Shown: in pieces, positions 26,390-35,631 of the stretch
Layout: the number at the start of each line of letters is the position of its first letter
Position numbering within the stretch: position 1 is the stretch's first letter
Assembly: GCA_039817625.1 (NCBI GenBank)
Contig: JBCBVN010000001.1
Span: 1 to 45,856 of the forward strand
From: Bacteroidota bacterium
GTDB lineage: Bacteria; Bacteroidota; Bacteroidia; Chitinophagales; Saprospiraceae
Length of the DNA stretch: 45,856 nucleotides
Direction of reading: 5' to 3'
Notes under the pieces: model-generated
The model's input: the letters and a program-made list of their open reading frames with translations, nothing else
Told to the model about the DNA's origin: nothing
The model's database searches: none
Program-made: the position numbers and the translations under genes

Positions 26390-28765
26390 ATGAAGACTAT
26401 ACCTAGTATAGCCCTCCTGCTTATTGCAGGCTGGCTACCAGCCAACTTTTTGCTTGCTCATCAAATTATTGGCATTCTTGAAGCTGAGGGAGCTCCACTC
26501 GAATACGCCACAGTTTCTGCCTTTAATGAAGCTGGTGAGCTTGTAGAAGGAACAGTCACAACAGCCGATGGTCAGTTCGCTATTGAGTTGGAAGCAGGCA
26601 GCTATCGATTTCTATTTGAGTTTATCGGTTTTGCCGAAAAAGAGCAGCTGCTAAATGTCGATGGCCCCATGGATTTGGGTGTGATTAGCCTATCTGAAGC
26701 CGGAGTAGATCTAGAGGCAGTAACTGTAACTGCCGAACGCAGCCAACTCAATTTATCTTTGGATAAAAAGGTATTCAATGTAGGTCAGGACTTACTTTCT
26801 CGTGGGGGATCTGCCAATCAGGTGTTGGAACAATTGCCATCAATACAAGTCTCTGTAGATGGCGTGGTCTCATATCGCGGAAACTCTGGGGTGCGCGTGC
26901 TTATCAATGGTCGTCCATCAGCTCTGGCCAATAATAATGCTCTGGAAAGTATTCCCGCAGAAAGTATAGAACGTGTGGAAATCATTACCAACCCTTCTGC
27001 CAGATATGAAGCAGCCGGAACCGCAGGTATCATCAATATCATTCTGAAAAAGGAGCAAGCAGGTGGTTATGGAGGTACCTTATCTCTAAGTGCAGGTTAT
27101 CCGGCCGATCATCGGTTGAATCTCAACTTAAACTACAGAAGGGCGAAGTGGTCGGCCTTTTTCAATGGCGGTTTGAGATACTCCAATTATAATGGCAGTA
27201 CCGATCTGGACAGAATGAGTCAAGCGGCTCTGGAAAGACCAATTCTTGACCAAAATGCAGACCAGGATCGAAATGACCGGGCAGGAAATTTATTTACAGG
27301 CGTCGATGTACAGCTTAATGAAAATACAAGTATCGCGGCCAACTACTCCCTGTATCGGGTTATTAATGATGATATACAGTTTACGGACTATTTGTTTTCT
27401 GACCTGGCTGGCAACTCTGTAGAGAATCAGACCCAGGTCCAGGATTATCTGGAGCCCGGGACCTACCACCAACTTGATTTTTCCCTCAACAAAGCCTTTG
27501 CTAAAGGAGAGCTCAATTTCTATTTCCAAAATGACCTTTGGCTAGAACAGGAGTCAGAGGCCATCACCCTCGACCAATGGTTTCCTACATCAATTAATTT
27601 ACTCGATTACCGAACGAATACAGACGAAAGTAGCCGTGACCATTTGATCCAGTTGGATTACGAAAGGCCGTTGGGTGAACAAGGACGTCTAGAGCTGGGA
27701 CTGCGCGGGGAGACTCGTATCATCTCTGCCGATTATCTGGCAGAACGCAAGGAAAGTGATACTTACGTACCCATACCCGGATTCAGTAATGACTATGATT
27801 ATTTCGAGCGAATAGGTGCTGCCTACATGCAAGCAAGTCAGGAATGGGGACGTTTTTCTGCTCAGTTGGGACTTAGGACAGAATACACGTATATAAAAAC
27901 AGAAAATGCTGAAGAGGCCGAGTTGCCAAACCTAGAAAAAGACTACATCAGGTTATTTCCGAGCATGGCCATGAGTTACCGATTTAGCGAAACGAACAGC
28001 ACACAATTAAGCTATAGCCGTCGTTTGCGAAGACCCAGCTTCTGGCAATTAAACCCATTTGCAGGCATCAATGATCCCAACCAGCTATTTGTCGGCAATC
28101 CGGATATGGACCCTGCATTTACTGATCGCCTGGAGCTCAATTATCTACTGCAGAGCGATAAGTGGACGATCAATCCAGCCATTTACGCATCGCGTACTAT
28201 TGATTTTTTCTCTCAATTTACCGAGCAAGTAGGCGACAACCTCTTCGGGCTAGAAGCCGGAACCGTTTTGTCAAGGCCGCTCAACCTGGAACGAGAAGAT
28301 CAATATGGGTTTGAGCTCATTACGAACTATCGAGCGGATAACGGTTTCTCGATTGGTACGGAATTCAACTTCTACGGGGCTGACCAGCGTGGCCAATTCC
28401 GAAATGAAGACCTATCTGCCAATTTTTCGAGCTGGAGTGCCGGTTTGCGCACCCAAATCGATTTGATTGCAGGTATCCGGTTCCAGGGCCGATTTAGCTA
28501 CAATGCGCCGAGAGCTGAGGCACAATTCCGGTCCTTAGCTCAGGTTGTTGCATTTATGGGCGTCAGCAAGCGCTGGGACGATCGCTTTACCCTTAATTTC
28601 AATGTTCGCTCACCAAGGTACTGGAATTCAGAAGCTTTTGCACCTGGATTCCAGCAGACCCTACGCCAGTCATGGACCATCTGGCGGTTCAGCCTGACGG
28701 GGAGCTACCGCTTTGAGCGTGGAGCTGAAAGTAGAGAAAGGCGGGCAAGAGGAAGTATTCGGTAG
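26390..28765 (+). CDS. TonB-dependent receptor-like outer-membrane beta-barrel protein
   Basis: Signal peptide, carboxypeptidase-regulatory-like N-domain, LEAVTVTA TonB-box-like segment, plug motif IERVEIITNPSARYEAAGTAGIINIILKK, barrel ending SYRF. Confidence 0.9.
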   Translation: MKTIPSIALLLIAGWLPANFLLAHQIIGILEAEGAPLEYATVSAFNEAGELVEGTVTTADGQFAIELEAGSYRFLFEFIGFAEKEQLLNVDGPMDLGVISLSEAGVDLEAVTVTAERSQLNLSLDKKVFNVGQDLLSRGGSANQVLEQLPSIQVSVDGVVSYRGNSGVRVLINGRPSALANNNALESIPAESIERVEIITNPSARYEAAGTAGIINIILKKEQAGGYGGTLSLSAGYPADHRLNLNLNYRRAKWSAFFNGGLRYSNYNGSTDLDRMSQAALERPILDQNADQDRNDRAGNLFTGVDVQLNENTSIAANYSLYRVINDDIQFTDYLFSDLAGNSVENQTQVQDYLEPGTYHQLDFSLNKAFAKGELNFYFQNDLWLEQESEAITLDQWFPTSINLLDYRTNTDESSRDHLIQLDYERPLGEQGRLELGLRGETRIISADYLAERKESDTYVPIPGFSNDYDYFERIGAAYMQASQEWGRFSAQLGLRTEYTYIKTENAEEAELPNLEKDYIRLFPSMAMSYRFSETNSTQLSYSRRLRRPSFWQLNPFAGINDPNQLFVGNPDMDPAFTDRLELNYLLQSDKWTINPAIYASRTIDFFSQFTEQVGDNLFGLEAGTVLSRPLNLEREDQYGFELITNYRADNGFSIGTEFNFYGADQRGQFRNEDLSANFSSWSAGLRTQIDLIAGIRFQGRFSYNAPRAEAQFRSLAQVVAFMGVSKRWDDRFTLNFNVRSPRYWNSEAFAPGFQQTLRQSWTIWRFSLTGSYRFERGAESRERRARGSIR

Positions 28766-28947
28766 GCGGTACTTCTTTTTAGACTTCCCAGCGTATGGTA
28801 GGCAGGCGCAGGTCGGAGCATTGTGTATGCTGTCGAAAATCGAGGCCGGAGAGCAAGCGATAGAAGTAGACCAACAACAGCTTCCAAAAGCTGAGTTATA
28901 CCTACAAATCCCATAACAGACTATTCCTTTATAAAACTTTTTGTTGG

Positions 28948-28955
28948 TATATTTG
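28948..28955 (+). promoter_or_regulatory. -7 promoter box 4 nt upstream of the parE ATG
   Basis: TATATTTG-CTCC-ATG. Confidence 0.65.
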
Positions 28956-28959
28956 CTCC

Positions 28960-30861
28960 ATGCCGCAAGTCAACTACACGGAAGCCGACATTAAGTCGCT
29001 CGATTGGAAGGAGCATATTCGCATGCGTCCTGGTATGTATATCGGTAAGCTGGGAGATGGCTCTTCACCAGATGATGGTATATATATTCTTCTAAAGGAA
29101 GTTGTCGATAATTCTATCGATGAGTATGTGATGGGATTCGGCCGCCAGATCGACATTAAAATCGAAGATGGTATAGTGCAGGTACGCGATCATGGCCGAG
29201 GTATACCTCTCGGAAAAGTGGTCGATGTGGTTTCCAAGATTAATACCGGCGGCAAATACGACAGCAAAGCTTTCAAAAAATCAGTTGGCCTGAATGGGGT
29301 TGGACTAAAAGCCACCAATGCTCTTTCTGAAGCATTTACCGTTTATGCTGTTCGAGAGGGGAAGCTCAAGCAAGCAGACTTTTCATACGGAGAGTTGGTG
29401 AAGGATCACCGGCAATCCAAAACCAAGGAAGACAATGGCACCCATGTCAGCTTTCGACCAGATAGTGGCATATTCAAGAAGTATCGCTTCCGCTCCGATT
29501 TCGTCGAGAATCAGTTATGGAATTATGCCTATTTAAACGCCGGCTTGAAGATTAACTTCAATGGTAAGACGCTGGTCAGCAAGAATGGCTTGAAAGATCT
29601 CCTGGAGCGGAAAGCCAACATGGAAACGGCTCGCTATCCTGTCATCCACCTAGAAGGAGATGATGTAGAAGTAGCCATTACGCACGGAAATGCGTACGGT
29701 GAAACCTATTTCAGCTTCGTTAATGGCCAACATACGACCCAGGGCGGTACCCACCTCAATGCATTCAAGCAGTCTGTCGTAGAAGCTGTCCAAAAGCACT
29801 ACAACAAGAACTACGATCGCAAAGACATCCTGGCCAGTATTGTAGCTGCTGTTGCGGTAAAGGTAGAAGAGCCGGTTTTTGAGTCACAGACCAAGACCAA
29901 GCTGGGGTCTACAGATATGGGCCCCAACTTGCCCACGGTACAAACATTCATGCGCAACTTTTTGGTAGAGAAGCTCGACAACTTCCTCCACCGCAATACC
30001 GAAGCTGCTCAGGCCTTGGAAAAGCGCATTAAACAATCTGAGCGTGAGCGCAAGGAAATTGCCGGGATTAAAAAGCTGGCCAATCAACGAGCTAAGAAGG
30101 CTAATCTTCACAACAAGAAGTTGCGCGACTGCCGCATACATTACAACGACAGTGCCCGCAAAACTAAGGAGGAGGACAGATTGGCTTCGACCATCTTTAT
30201 CACTGAGGGTGATTCGGCTAGCGGTTCTATAACGGTGGCCAGAGATGTCATGGCTCAGGCCGTATTCAGCTTGCGAGGGAAACCACTCAATTGCTTTGGC
30301 CTGACGAAAAAGATTGTCTACGAAAACGAGGAGTTGAATTTGCTTCAGCATGCCCTTAATATTGAAGATGGACTCGATGGCTTGCGCTACAATCGGGTAG
30401 TCATCGCTACTGATGCTGATGTAGATGGTATGCACATTCGCTTATTGCTACTTACGTTCTTCTTGCAGTTCTTTCCCGATCTGGTTGAAGCAGGTCATCT
30501 ATATATTCTTGAGACGCCGCTCTTCCGTGTACGCGATAAGCAGAAAACGTTCTACTGCTACAGCGAAACCGAAAAGCAAGCTGCTATTGAAAAACTTCGC
30601 GGCAAGCCAGAGATCACCCGATTCAAGGGATTAGGAGAAATAAGCCCTAATGAGTTTAAAGATTTCATCGGTGAAGACATCCGACTCGAACCGGTCGTTA
30701 TGAATGAGGAGACTCCCGTAGATCAGTTGCTATCCTATTATATGGGTAAGAATACTCCTGCTCGCCAAGTATTTATCATCGATAATCTTCGTGTGGAGAA
30801 AGACGATGACCTGGATGACAATGGTGTGGCAGGTGCAGAGGAAGTAGCCATATCTGCTTAA
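28960..30861 (+). CDS. parE: DNA topoisomerase IV subunit B
   Basis: [57 protein letters not shown]. Confidence 0.92.
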   Translation: MPQVNYTEADIKSLDWKEHIRMRPGMYIGKLGDGSSPDDGIYILLKEVVDNSIDEYVMGFGRQIDIKIEDGIVQVRDHGRGIPLGKVVDVVSKINTGGKYDSKAFKKSVGLNGVGLKATNALSEAFTVYAVREGKLKQADFSYGELVKDHRQSKTKEDNGTHVSFRPDSGIFKKYRFRSDFVENQLWNYAYLNAGLKINFNGKTLVSKNGLKDLLERKANMETARYPVIHLEGDDVEVAITHGNAYGETYFSFVNGQHTTQGGTHLNAFKQSVVEAVQKHYNKNYDRKDILASIVAAVAVKVEEPVFESQTKTKLGSTDMGPNLPTVQTFMRNFLVEKLDNFLHRNTEAAQALEKRIKQSERERKEIAGIKKLANQRAKKANLHNKKLRDCRIHYNDSARKTKEEDRLASTIFITEGDSASGSITVARDVMAQAVFSLRGKPLNCFGLTKKIVYENEELNLLQHALNIEDGLDGLRYNRVVIATDADVDGMHIRLLLLTFFLQFFPDLVEAGHLYILETPLFRVRDKQKTFYCYSETEKQAAIEKLRGKPEITRFKGLGEISPNEFKDFIGEDIRLEPVVMNEETPVDQLLSYYMGKNTPARQVFIIDNLRVEKDDDLDDNGVAGAEEVAISA

Positions 30862-30958
30862 TCAGATTGGTCAATTAAGTTTGGAATTAGCTCGCCAATA
30901 TGGTTTGCGCTTTCCATTTTCTGTGTACTCAGTAGCGTGTCTATTCGTCATTGAATAT

Positions 30959-31963
30959 TTAAATAAGTGTTTCTAGAATTTCTCTTTGACTCAGTAAGCT
31001 CTTTCGAATATCATTAAAATAGAGGTGCTGATTTCTAGGCGTATTACCAGTCAGCGGGTAGGAGTTTAATTTGACATTGTTCATCCATTGGTTGGTGTAC
31101 TTGACAAATTCTGGATCACTGCATTTCAAATAGTTGGGAAGATCGTAGGTTAGGTAGACTGATCCATTTTCCGGAGGTATTGTCAGAATGGTACTTGTAA
31201 ATCTACTTACGTCATTGTAGCGGAGCTTCAAATATCCGCCACCGGTTTTTCCTGTACACATTTGGTTTTTATTCCCAACTGAAACCATCTCCTCTAGCTG
31301 GTCTACAATGAACATCATGCAGTCTATTAGTTCCAGAGATTCCTCTGGAATGGCAAAATATCCGGCCTCCAGTGCATATTTTATTTGGCCAACGGTAACC
31401 TCGAATGTGTGGTGTGCCCAAATTTCTTCTGTGTCCAGTGATCCATAGATATTGTTGATCCTGTTGAATAGGCACTGCTTTTCAGAAGCTAACGGTTTAT
31501 TTAGATAAAATTTTTGAAGCTTTTTACGCTTGTCAGCAGGAGACCAAATTGTGTGCTCGTATACAAATAACTTAAAGTTGGCTACTTTCTGATCTATGAA
31601 GTAATAAAAGACCGGTAGGTCGGTCGATAAGTACTTTAGAACGCCTTTATCGACCGTCGAAAACGCCTGTAGCTCCTGTACTAAGCCTTGGATATACGTA
31701 CGCTGATTGGCTTGTTGATTGTGAAAAATGGGGAAATCAAATTTCAACCATTTCCTATGTGCCCTGAAAACACTGGTGATATCAATTTCAAAATGATTAA
31801 TGAGGGTTTCCAATTCTGCAATACTGAGTGATATACTTCCATTTAGTCTTTTGTATATAGAGGCCTGGCTTAAGTTTAATAGTTTTTTAAGGTTTTCGAC
31901 CATTTGACTCTGCGAACTGTGATGCTTTGAAATGGCGTGAAATACATTTTCTTGAATATTCAT
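30959..31963 (-). CDS. Helix-turn-helix transcriptional regulator with uncharacterised C-terminal domain
   Basis: N-terminal XRE-like HTH LKKLLNLSQASIYKRLNGSISLSIAEL; AT-rich gene. Confidence 0.75.
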   Translation of the reverse strand: MNIQENVFHAISKHHSSQSQMVENLKKLLNLSQASIYKRLNGSISLSIAELETLINHFEIDITSVFRAHRKWLKFDFPIFHNQQANQRTYIQGLVQELQAFSTVDKGVLKYLSTDLPVFYYFIDQKVANFKLFVYEHTIWSPADKRKKLQKFYLNKPLASEKQCLFNRINNIYGSLDTEEIWAHHTFEVTVGQIKYALEAGYFAIPEESLELIDCMMFIVDQLEEMVSVGNKNQMCTGKTGGGYLKLRYNDVSRFTSTILTIPPENGSVYLTYDLPNYLKCSDPEFVKYTNQWMNNVKLNSYPLTGNTPRNQHLYFNDIRKSLLSQREILETLI

Positions 31964-32056
31964 GGATGTTCTTAATTCATAGTAATGGGATATGATATGG
32001 GGCTAGGCGGAAATAAAGACAACCTAATGTAGGTAAAACAATCTGTATGCGTGCGA

Positions 32057-32105
32057 TTTCTCAATTTCTGAGAAAAAAGAAAGTAAGATTCTACAAATTA
32101 GAGAA
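32057..32105. promoter_or_regulatory. Paired TTCT-N9-AGAA palindromes in divergent intergenic region
   Basis: TTTCTCAATTTCTGAGAAA (32057-32075) and TTCTACAAATTAGAGAA (32089-32105). Confidence 0.5.
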
Positions 32106-32349
32106 GCGCAACATTAAATTTTCCCGATACATTTAGGCAGTTCAAGACTATATAGATAAATCAATAGGTTCACCGTAGCCAGTCTTGATAACACTTGTTT
32201 CAGTTATTCATCTCAGGTTTTGTAAGAATGCTACGCTTAGTTGCGTACATCCTGTTTCGTGCGCATAGATTCTAACTCTTTTTGCGCCAGCAGGATTGCT
32301 TTTAAGGGATTTTTTCGAGCAAATTTCTTCACATTTAAATACATCCTAG

Positions 32350-33486
32350 ATGAAAACCAGACTTTTATTATTTACAGCTTTAATCTTATTGGGTAGCACT
32401 GGCTTATCTGCTCAGCAATTTTGGAATACAGTGCCTCCTGGAGGCTTCCCAAGTACTTTTGGTACAATAAACCGAACTGGCCTAACAACCATTGGAAACA
32501 CATCACAGTATCCTTTATTCGCAAGTACAAATGCGAATCCAGTGCCTCTACAGGTGCGTGGTAATAACATCATACTAAGTAAAGTGTTTGACCAAACAGA
32601 TTTTGCTGCTCTCGGTCAATCCGGAGCTGGAGAAGCAGAATGCGATCTTTGGGGATTCCGTGCTCAGCGGTTCTTTGATCGTTCTGTAAGCTTGGGAGTT
32701 ACTCCGCAAGGAGATAATAGAGCCATACTTAACTGGGGTAGCGATATCAAGCAACTCGTGTTTACCACTGGGTCTAATGGAGACTGTGGCAATCAAGTAG
32801 CATCATTCACAATTGAAGGTATTAGGTTCTTTGTTCCATTACTGCCTGGTAGGATTTATGTGCCTGCCGCTGAGGTCGAAGTCGACCAGCAGATCGAAAA
32901 GGCACTTGGAGATGCTACTGACCGTATCATGGCCCTGGCGCCCATACGCGTCGAAAGCGAAGAAAAGCTTAAGGGAAGTGAAGGACTATCATACAGCTCT
33001 ACTGATGAGCTGGAAATCGATGTAAACAGCCTGGAGACCTTTGTCCCCGAGGCAGTAGCTACCGATTCTGATGGAAATAAAATGGTAGACTATAACGAAG
33101 TCGTACCCCTTCTCGTAGCCACGCTCCAGGAGCAGCAAGCTATGATCGACCAGCAGCAGGCCCTATTGCAGGATATGATGAATCGCCTAGATCAATTGGA
33201 TGGCGAGGAAGCTGAAGTGCTTGAAGTGGAAGGTGCATTCCTGGGCCAGAACATACCCAACCCCGCCTTCAACTCAACAAGTATTGAATATCAACTGCCC
33301 GATGGAGCTGAGAACGGAGAGCTGGTTGTTCGCAACGTAGCTGGCCAAGTAATTCTGAGCGAAAGTCTGGCCACTAAGACTGGATCACAGTCCATCGATC
33401 TCAACAACCTGAGCCCGGGTACCTATATCTACTCACTCCAGGTAAATGGTCGCGTGATGTTTTCTAAGCGAATGATTGTACAGTAG
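32350..33486 (+). CDS. T9SS type-A cargo protein with S74-like chaperone/coiled-coil domain
   Basis: Signal peptide; PEAV...VDYNEVVPLLVATLQEQQ; CTD LGQNIPNP...GTYIYSLQVNG...KRMIVQ. Confidence 0.85.
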   Translation: MKTRLLLFTALILLGSTGLSAQQFWNTVPPGGFPSTFGTINRTGLTTIGNTSQYPLFASTNANPVPLQVRGNNIILSKVFDQTDFAALGQSGAGEAECDLWGFRAQRFFDRSVSLGVTPQGDNRAILNWGSDIKQLVFTTGSNGDCGNQVASFTIEGIRFFVPLLPGRIYVPAAEVEVDQQIEKALGDATDRIMALAPIRVESEEKLKGSEGLSYSSTDELEIDVNSLETFVPEAVATDSDGNKMVDYNEVVPLLVATLQEQQAMIDQQQALLQDMMNRLDQLDGEEAEVLEVEGAFLGQNIPNPAFNSTSIEYQLPDGAENGELVVRNVAGQVILSESLATKTGSQSIDLNNLSPGTYIYSLQVNGRVMFSKRMIVQ

Positions 33487-33518
33487 ACCCAAAAACTATA
33501 GAAACCTGAGATTTTTTG

Positions 33519-33552
33519 ATGCTCGCTGACTCTTGTCAGCGAGCATTTTTTA
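33519..33552 (+). terminator. Intrinsic terminator
   Basis: ATGCTCGCTGAC-TCTT-GTCAGCGAGCAT followed by a T run. Confidence 0.9.
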
Positions 33553-33581
33553 TTTAACTGGAGTTCTGACTATTTTTAAGT

Positions 33582-34184
33582 GTGAAAACAAACACTATGA
33601 AGCCTATACTCCTAATGATATTTCTGCTGTCTAATGTATTCATTGGCTTGAGTGCCCAAGAGAATGAGCCATTAGATACTATATCAATAGAACCGAATCC
33701 AGATGCTTACAGAATCTCTTTACTGACTTCATCCCCTAGGTTATATCGAGCTGGTTTTGTGCAACGGTATGAGTCAGATACCCTATGGCTCAGCGCTGGC
33801 ATAAGTGGAAGACCGGCATTGGCGATTGCCCCATATACAGCAGATCAAATAGTAAATATTCAACTTCCAGATGGAATAAAAACGAAATCCAGGTTTTTAT
33901 CGGGAGCACTTTTAGGCTTTGGTATCGGACTGGGTATAGGTGGTACAGTAGCACTAGTAACAGATTGTAGTGATAGACCTGGCTTTTCAGCAACTGGTTG
34001 TGCAGCTGGCAGACTAGCTTTTCTCACTGTATCGCCAATATCAGGTATGCTTATTGGTGGTTTGATTGGTGCATTTTCAAATAAATCGGTTGTCAAATAC
34101 AGTACGGTCTCCATCGAAGGGCGGCCAGAGGCCCTGCGTGCTCAACGGCAACGCTTGGAAGAATTGACCAGATGGCAGCAATGA
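33582..34184 (+). CDS. Signal-peptide protein with glycine-zipper hydrophobic hairpin
   Basis: GALLGFGIGLGIGG and GMLIGGLIGA segments flanking a Cys-bounded loop; start may be ATG 33597. Confidence 0.7.
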   Translation: MKTNTMKPILLMIFLLSNVFIGLSAQENEPLDTISIEPNPDAYRISLLTSSPRLYRAGFVQRYESDTLWLSAGISGRPALAIAPYTADQIVNIQLPDGIKTKSRFLSGALLGFGIGLGIGGTVALVTDCSDRPGFSATGCAAGRLAFLTVSPISGMLIGGLIGAFSNKSVVKYSTVSIEGRPEALRAQRQRLEELTRWQQ

Positions 34185-34264
34185 CTCGACTTTAAGGGGA
34201 TTGAATTTCTGGTTAGCTTGAGGTCTTTCTTTTTTGAATGTAGCGGGCTATTTACCTTCGTCCT

Positions 34265-35629
34265 ATGCCTTTAATCAAGTCCATTTCGGGGTTTCGTGGT
34301 ACCATTGGTGGCCGGGCCGGCGATAACCTAACTCCTCAAGATATTGTAGAGAGCGTGGCCGCATTCGGCACTATGCTTTTGAGTAGAACCGGCAAACGGA
34401 AAGTCGTAATTGGGAGAGACGGACGCCCAAGTGGCCAACTTGTGAGTCAGCTTACGGCCAGTACTTTACAGATGCTCGGACTCGATGTCGTTGACCTGGG
34501 CTATGCCACTACGCCGACGGTAGAAATGGCTGTCACTCGCCTCGAAGCTGCCGGGGGTATCATACTCTCAGCCAGCCACAATCCAGTCGCTTACAATGCG
34601 CTCAAGCTGCTGGGTGAAAACGGTGAATTCATTTCAGCAGCCGAGGGTCAGGAGATGCTGCAGTTGCTGGCCAATGATGATATCGTTTATGCTACCGTAG
34701 ATCAGCTGGGTAGCTATGAGACTAGCAATGATGAACTAGTCCACCACATTCAGGCCATTTTAGATCATCCGCTAGTGGAAGTGGAGGCTATTCGACGAGC
34801 CAAATTCAAGCTTGTGCTCGATGCGGTAAATAGTGTGGGCGCGTTGGCTATTCCTATGCTCTGCAACATATTGGAGGTAGACTGTAAGATCATCAATGGT
34901 CAGCTGAACGGTCAGTTTGCCCACAACCCAGAGCCACTACCAGCTCACCTGACAGATCTCATGCAGCGGGTAGCAGCTACTGGAGCAGACCTGGGCGTAG
35001 CTGTAGATCCCGATGTAGATCGTCTGGCTTTGGTCGGTCCTGGCGGACACTGGATAGGGGAGGAGTATACCCTGGTGACCGTAGCCGATTATGTCCTGGC
35101 CAGAGATCCCGGACCCGTAGTCAGTAACCTAAGCAGTAGTCGAGCCCTGGCTGATTTGGCCGCTCAATACGGACAGACCTATGAAGCCGCCGCGGTAGGA
35201 GAGGTGAATGTAGTAGCTAAGATGAAAGAGATTGGAGCTACGATAGGCGGTGAAGGAAATGGTGGCATCATTGATCCACGTCTACATTACGGGCGTGATT
35301 CACTGATCGGACTTGCGCTGGTACTCAGTCATTTGGCGACTTCAGGGAAAACAATCAATGAGCTGCGCGCAGGATATCCGCAATATGAAATGGTGAAGGA
35401 TAAGCTTCAGTTGGAAGCGGGCATGGATGTGGATGCCATCCTGCAATCCATTCCCGCTCAGTTTCCAAATGCTAAAGTCAATGTAGTTGATGGGGTCAAG
35501 CTAGACTTTGACGAGGGATGGCTCCACCTGCGGAAGTCTAATACCGAACCCATAATCCGCATATACGCAGAAGCCGGCTCGCAGGACGAAGCTCAGAAGT
35601 TAGTAGACAGACTCAAGCGATTAATCTGA
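34265..35629 (+). CDS. glmM: Phosphoglucosamine mutase / alpha-D-phosphohexomutase
   Basis: SISGFRG, GRDGR, SASHNP phosphoserine loop, DPDVDR, GGEGNGG, RKSNTEP. Confidence 0.88.
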   Translation: MPLIKSISGFRGTIGGRAGDNLTPQDIVESVAAFGTMLLSRTGKRKVVIGRDGRPSGQLVSQLTASTLQMLGLDVVDLGYATTPTVEMAVTRLEAAGGIILSASHNPVAYNALKLLGENGEFISAAEGQEMLQLLANDDIVYATVDQLGSYETSNDELVHHIQAILDHPLVEVEAIRRAKFKLVLDAVNSVGALAIPMLCNILEVDCKIINGQLNGQFAHNPEPLPAHLTDLMQRVAATGADLGVAVDPDVDRLALVGPGGHWIGEEYTLVTVADYVLARDPGPVVSNLSSSRALADLAAQYGQTYEAAAVGEVNVVAKMKEIGATIGGEGNGGIIDPRLHYGRDSLIGLALVLSHLATSGKTINELRAGYPQYEMVKDKLQLEAGMDVDAILQSIPAQFPNAKVNVVDGVKLDFDEGWLHLRKSNTEPIIRIYAEAGSQDEAQKLVDRLKRLI

Positions 35630-35631
35630 CC

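Noticed and set aside
29884-30435. 183-aa antisense ORF in parE (likewise 35707..36213, 44521..44997 and other shadow ORFs)
   Set aside because: Antisense shadows of well-supported genes with no motifs
28960-30861. parE without adjacent parC
   Set aside because: Separated topoisomerase subunit genes are common; parC may lie elsewhere
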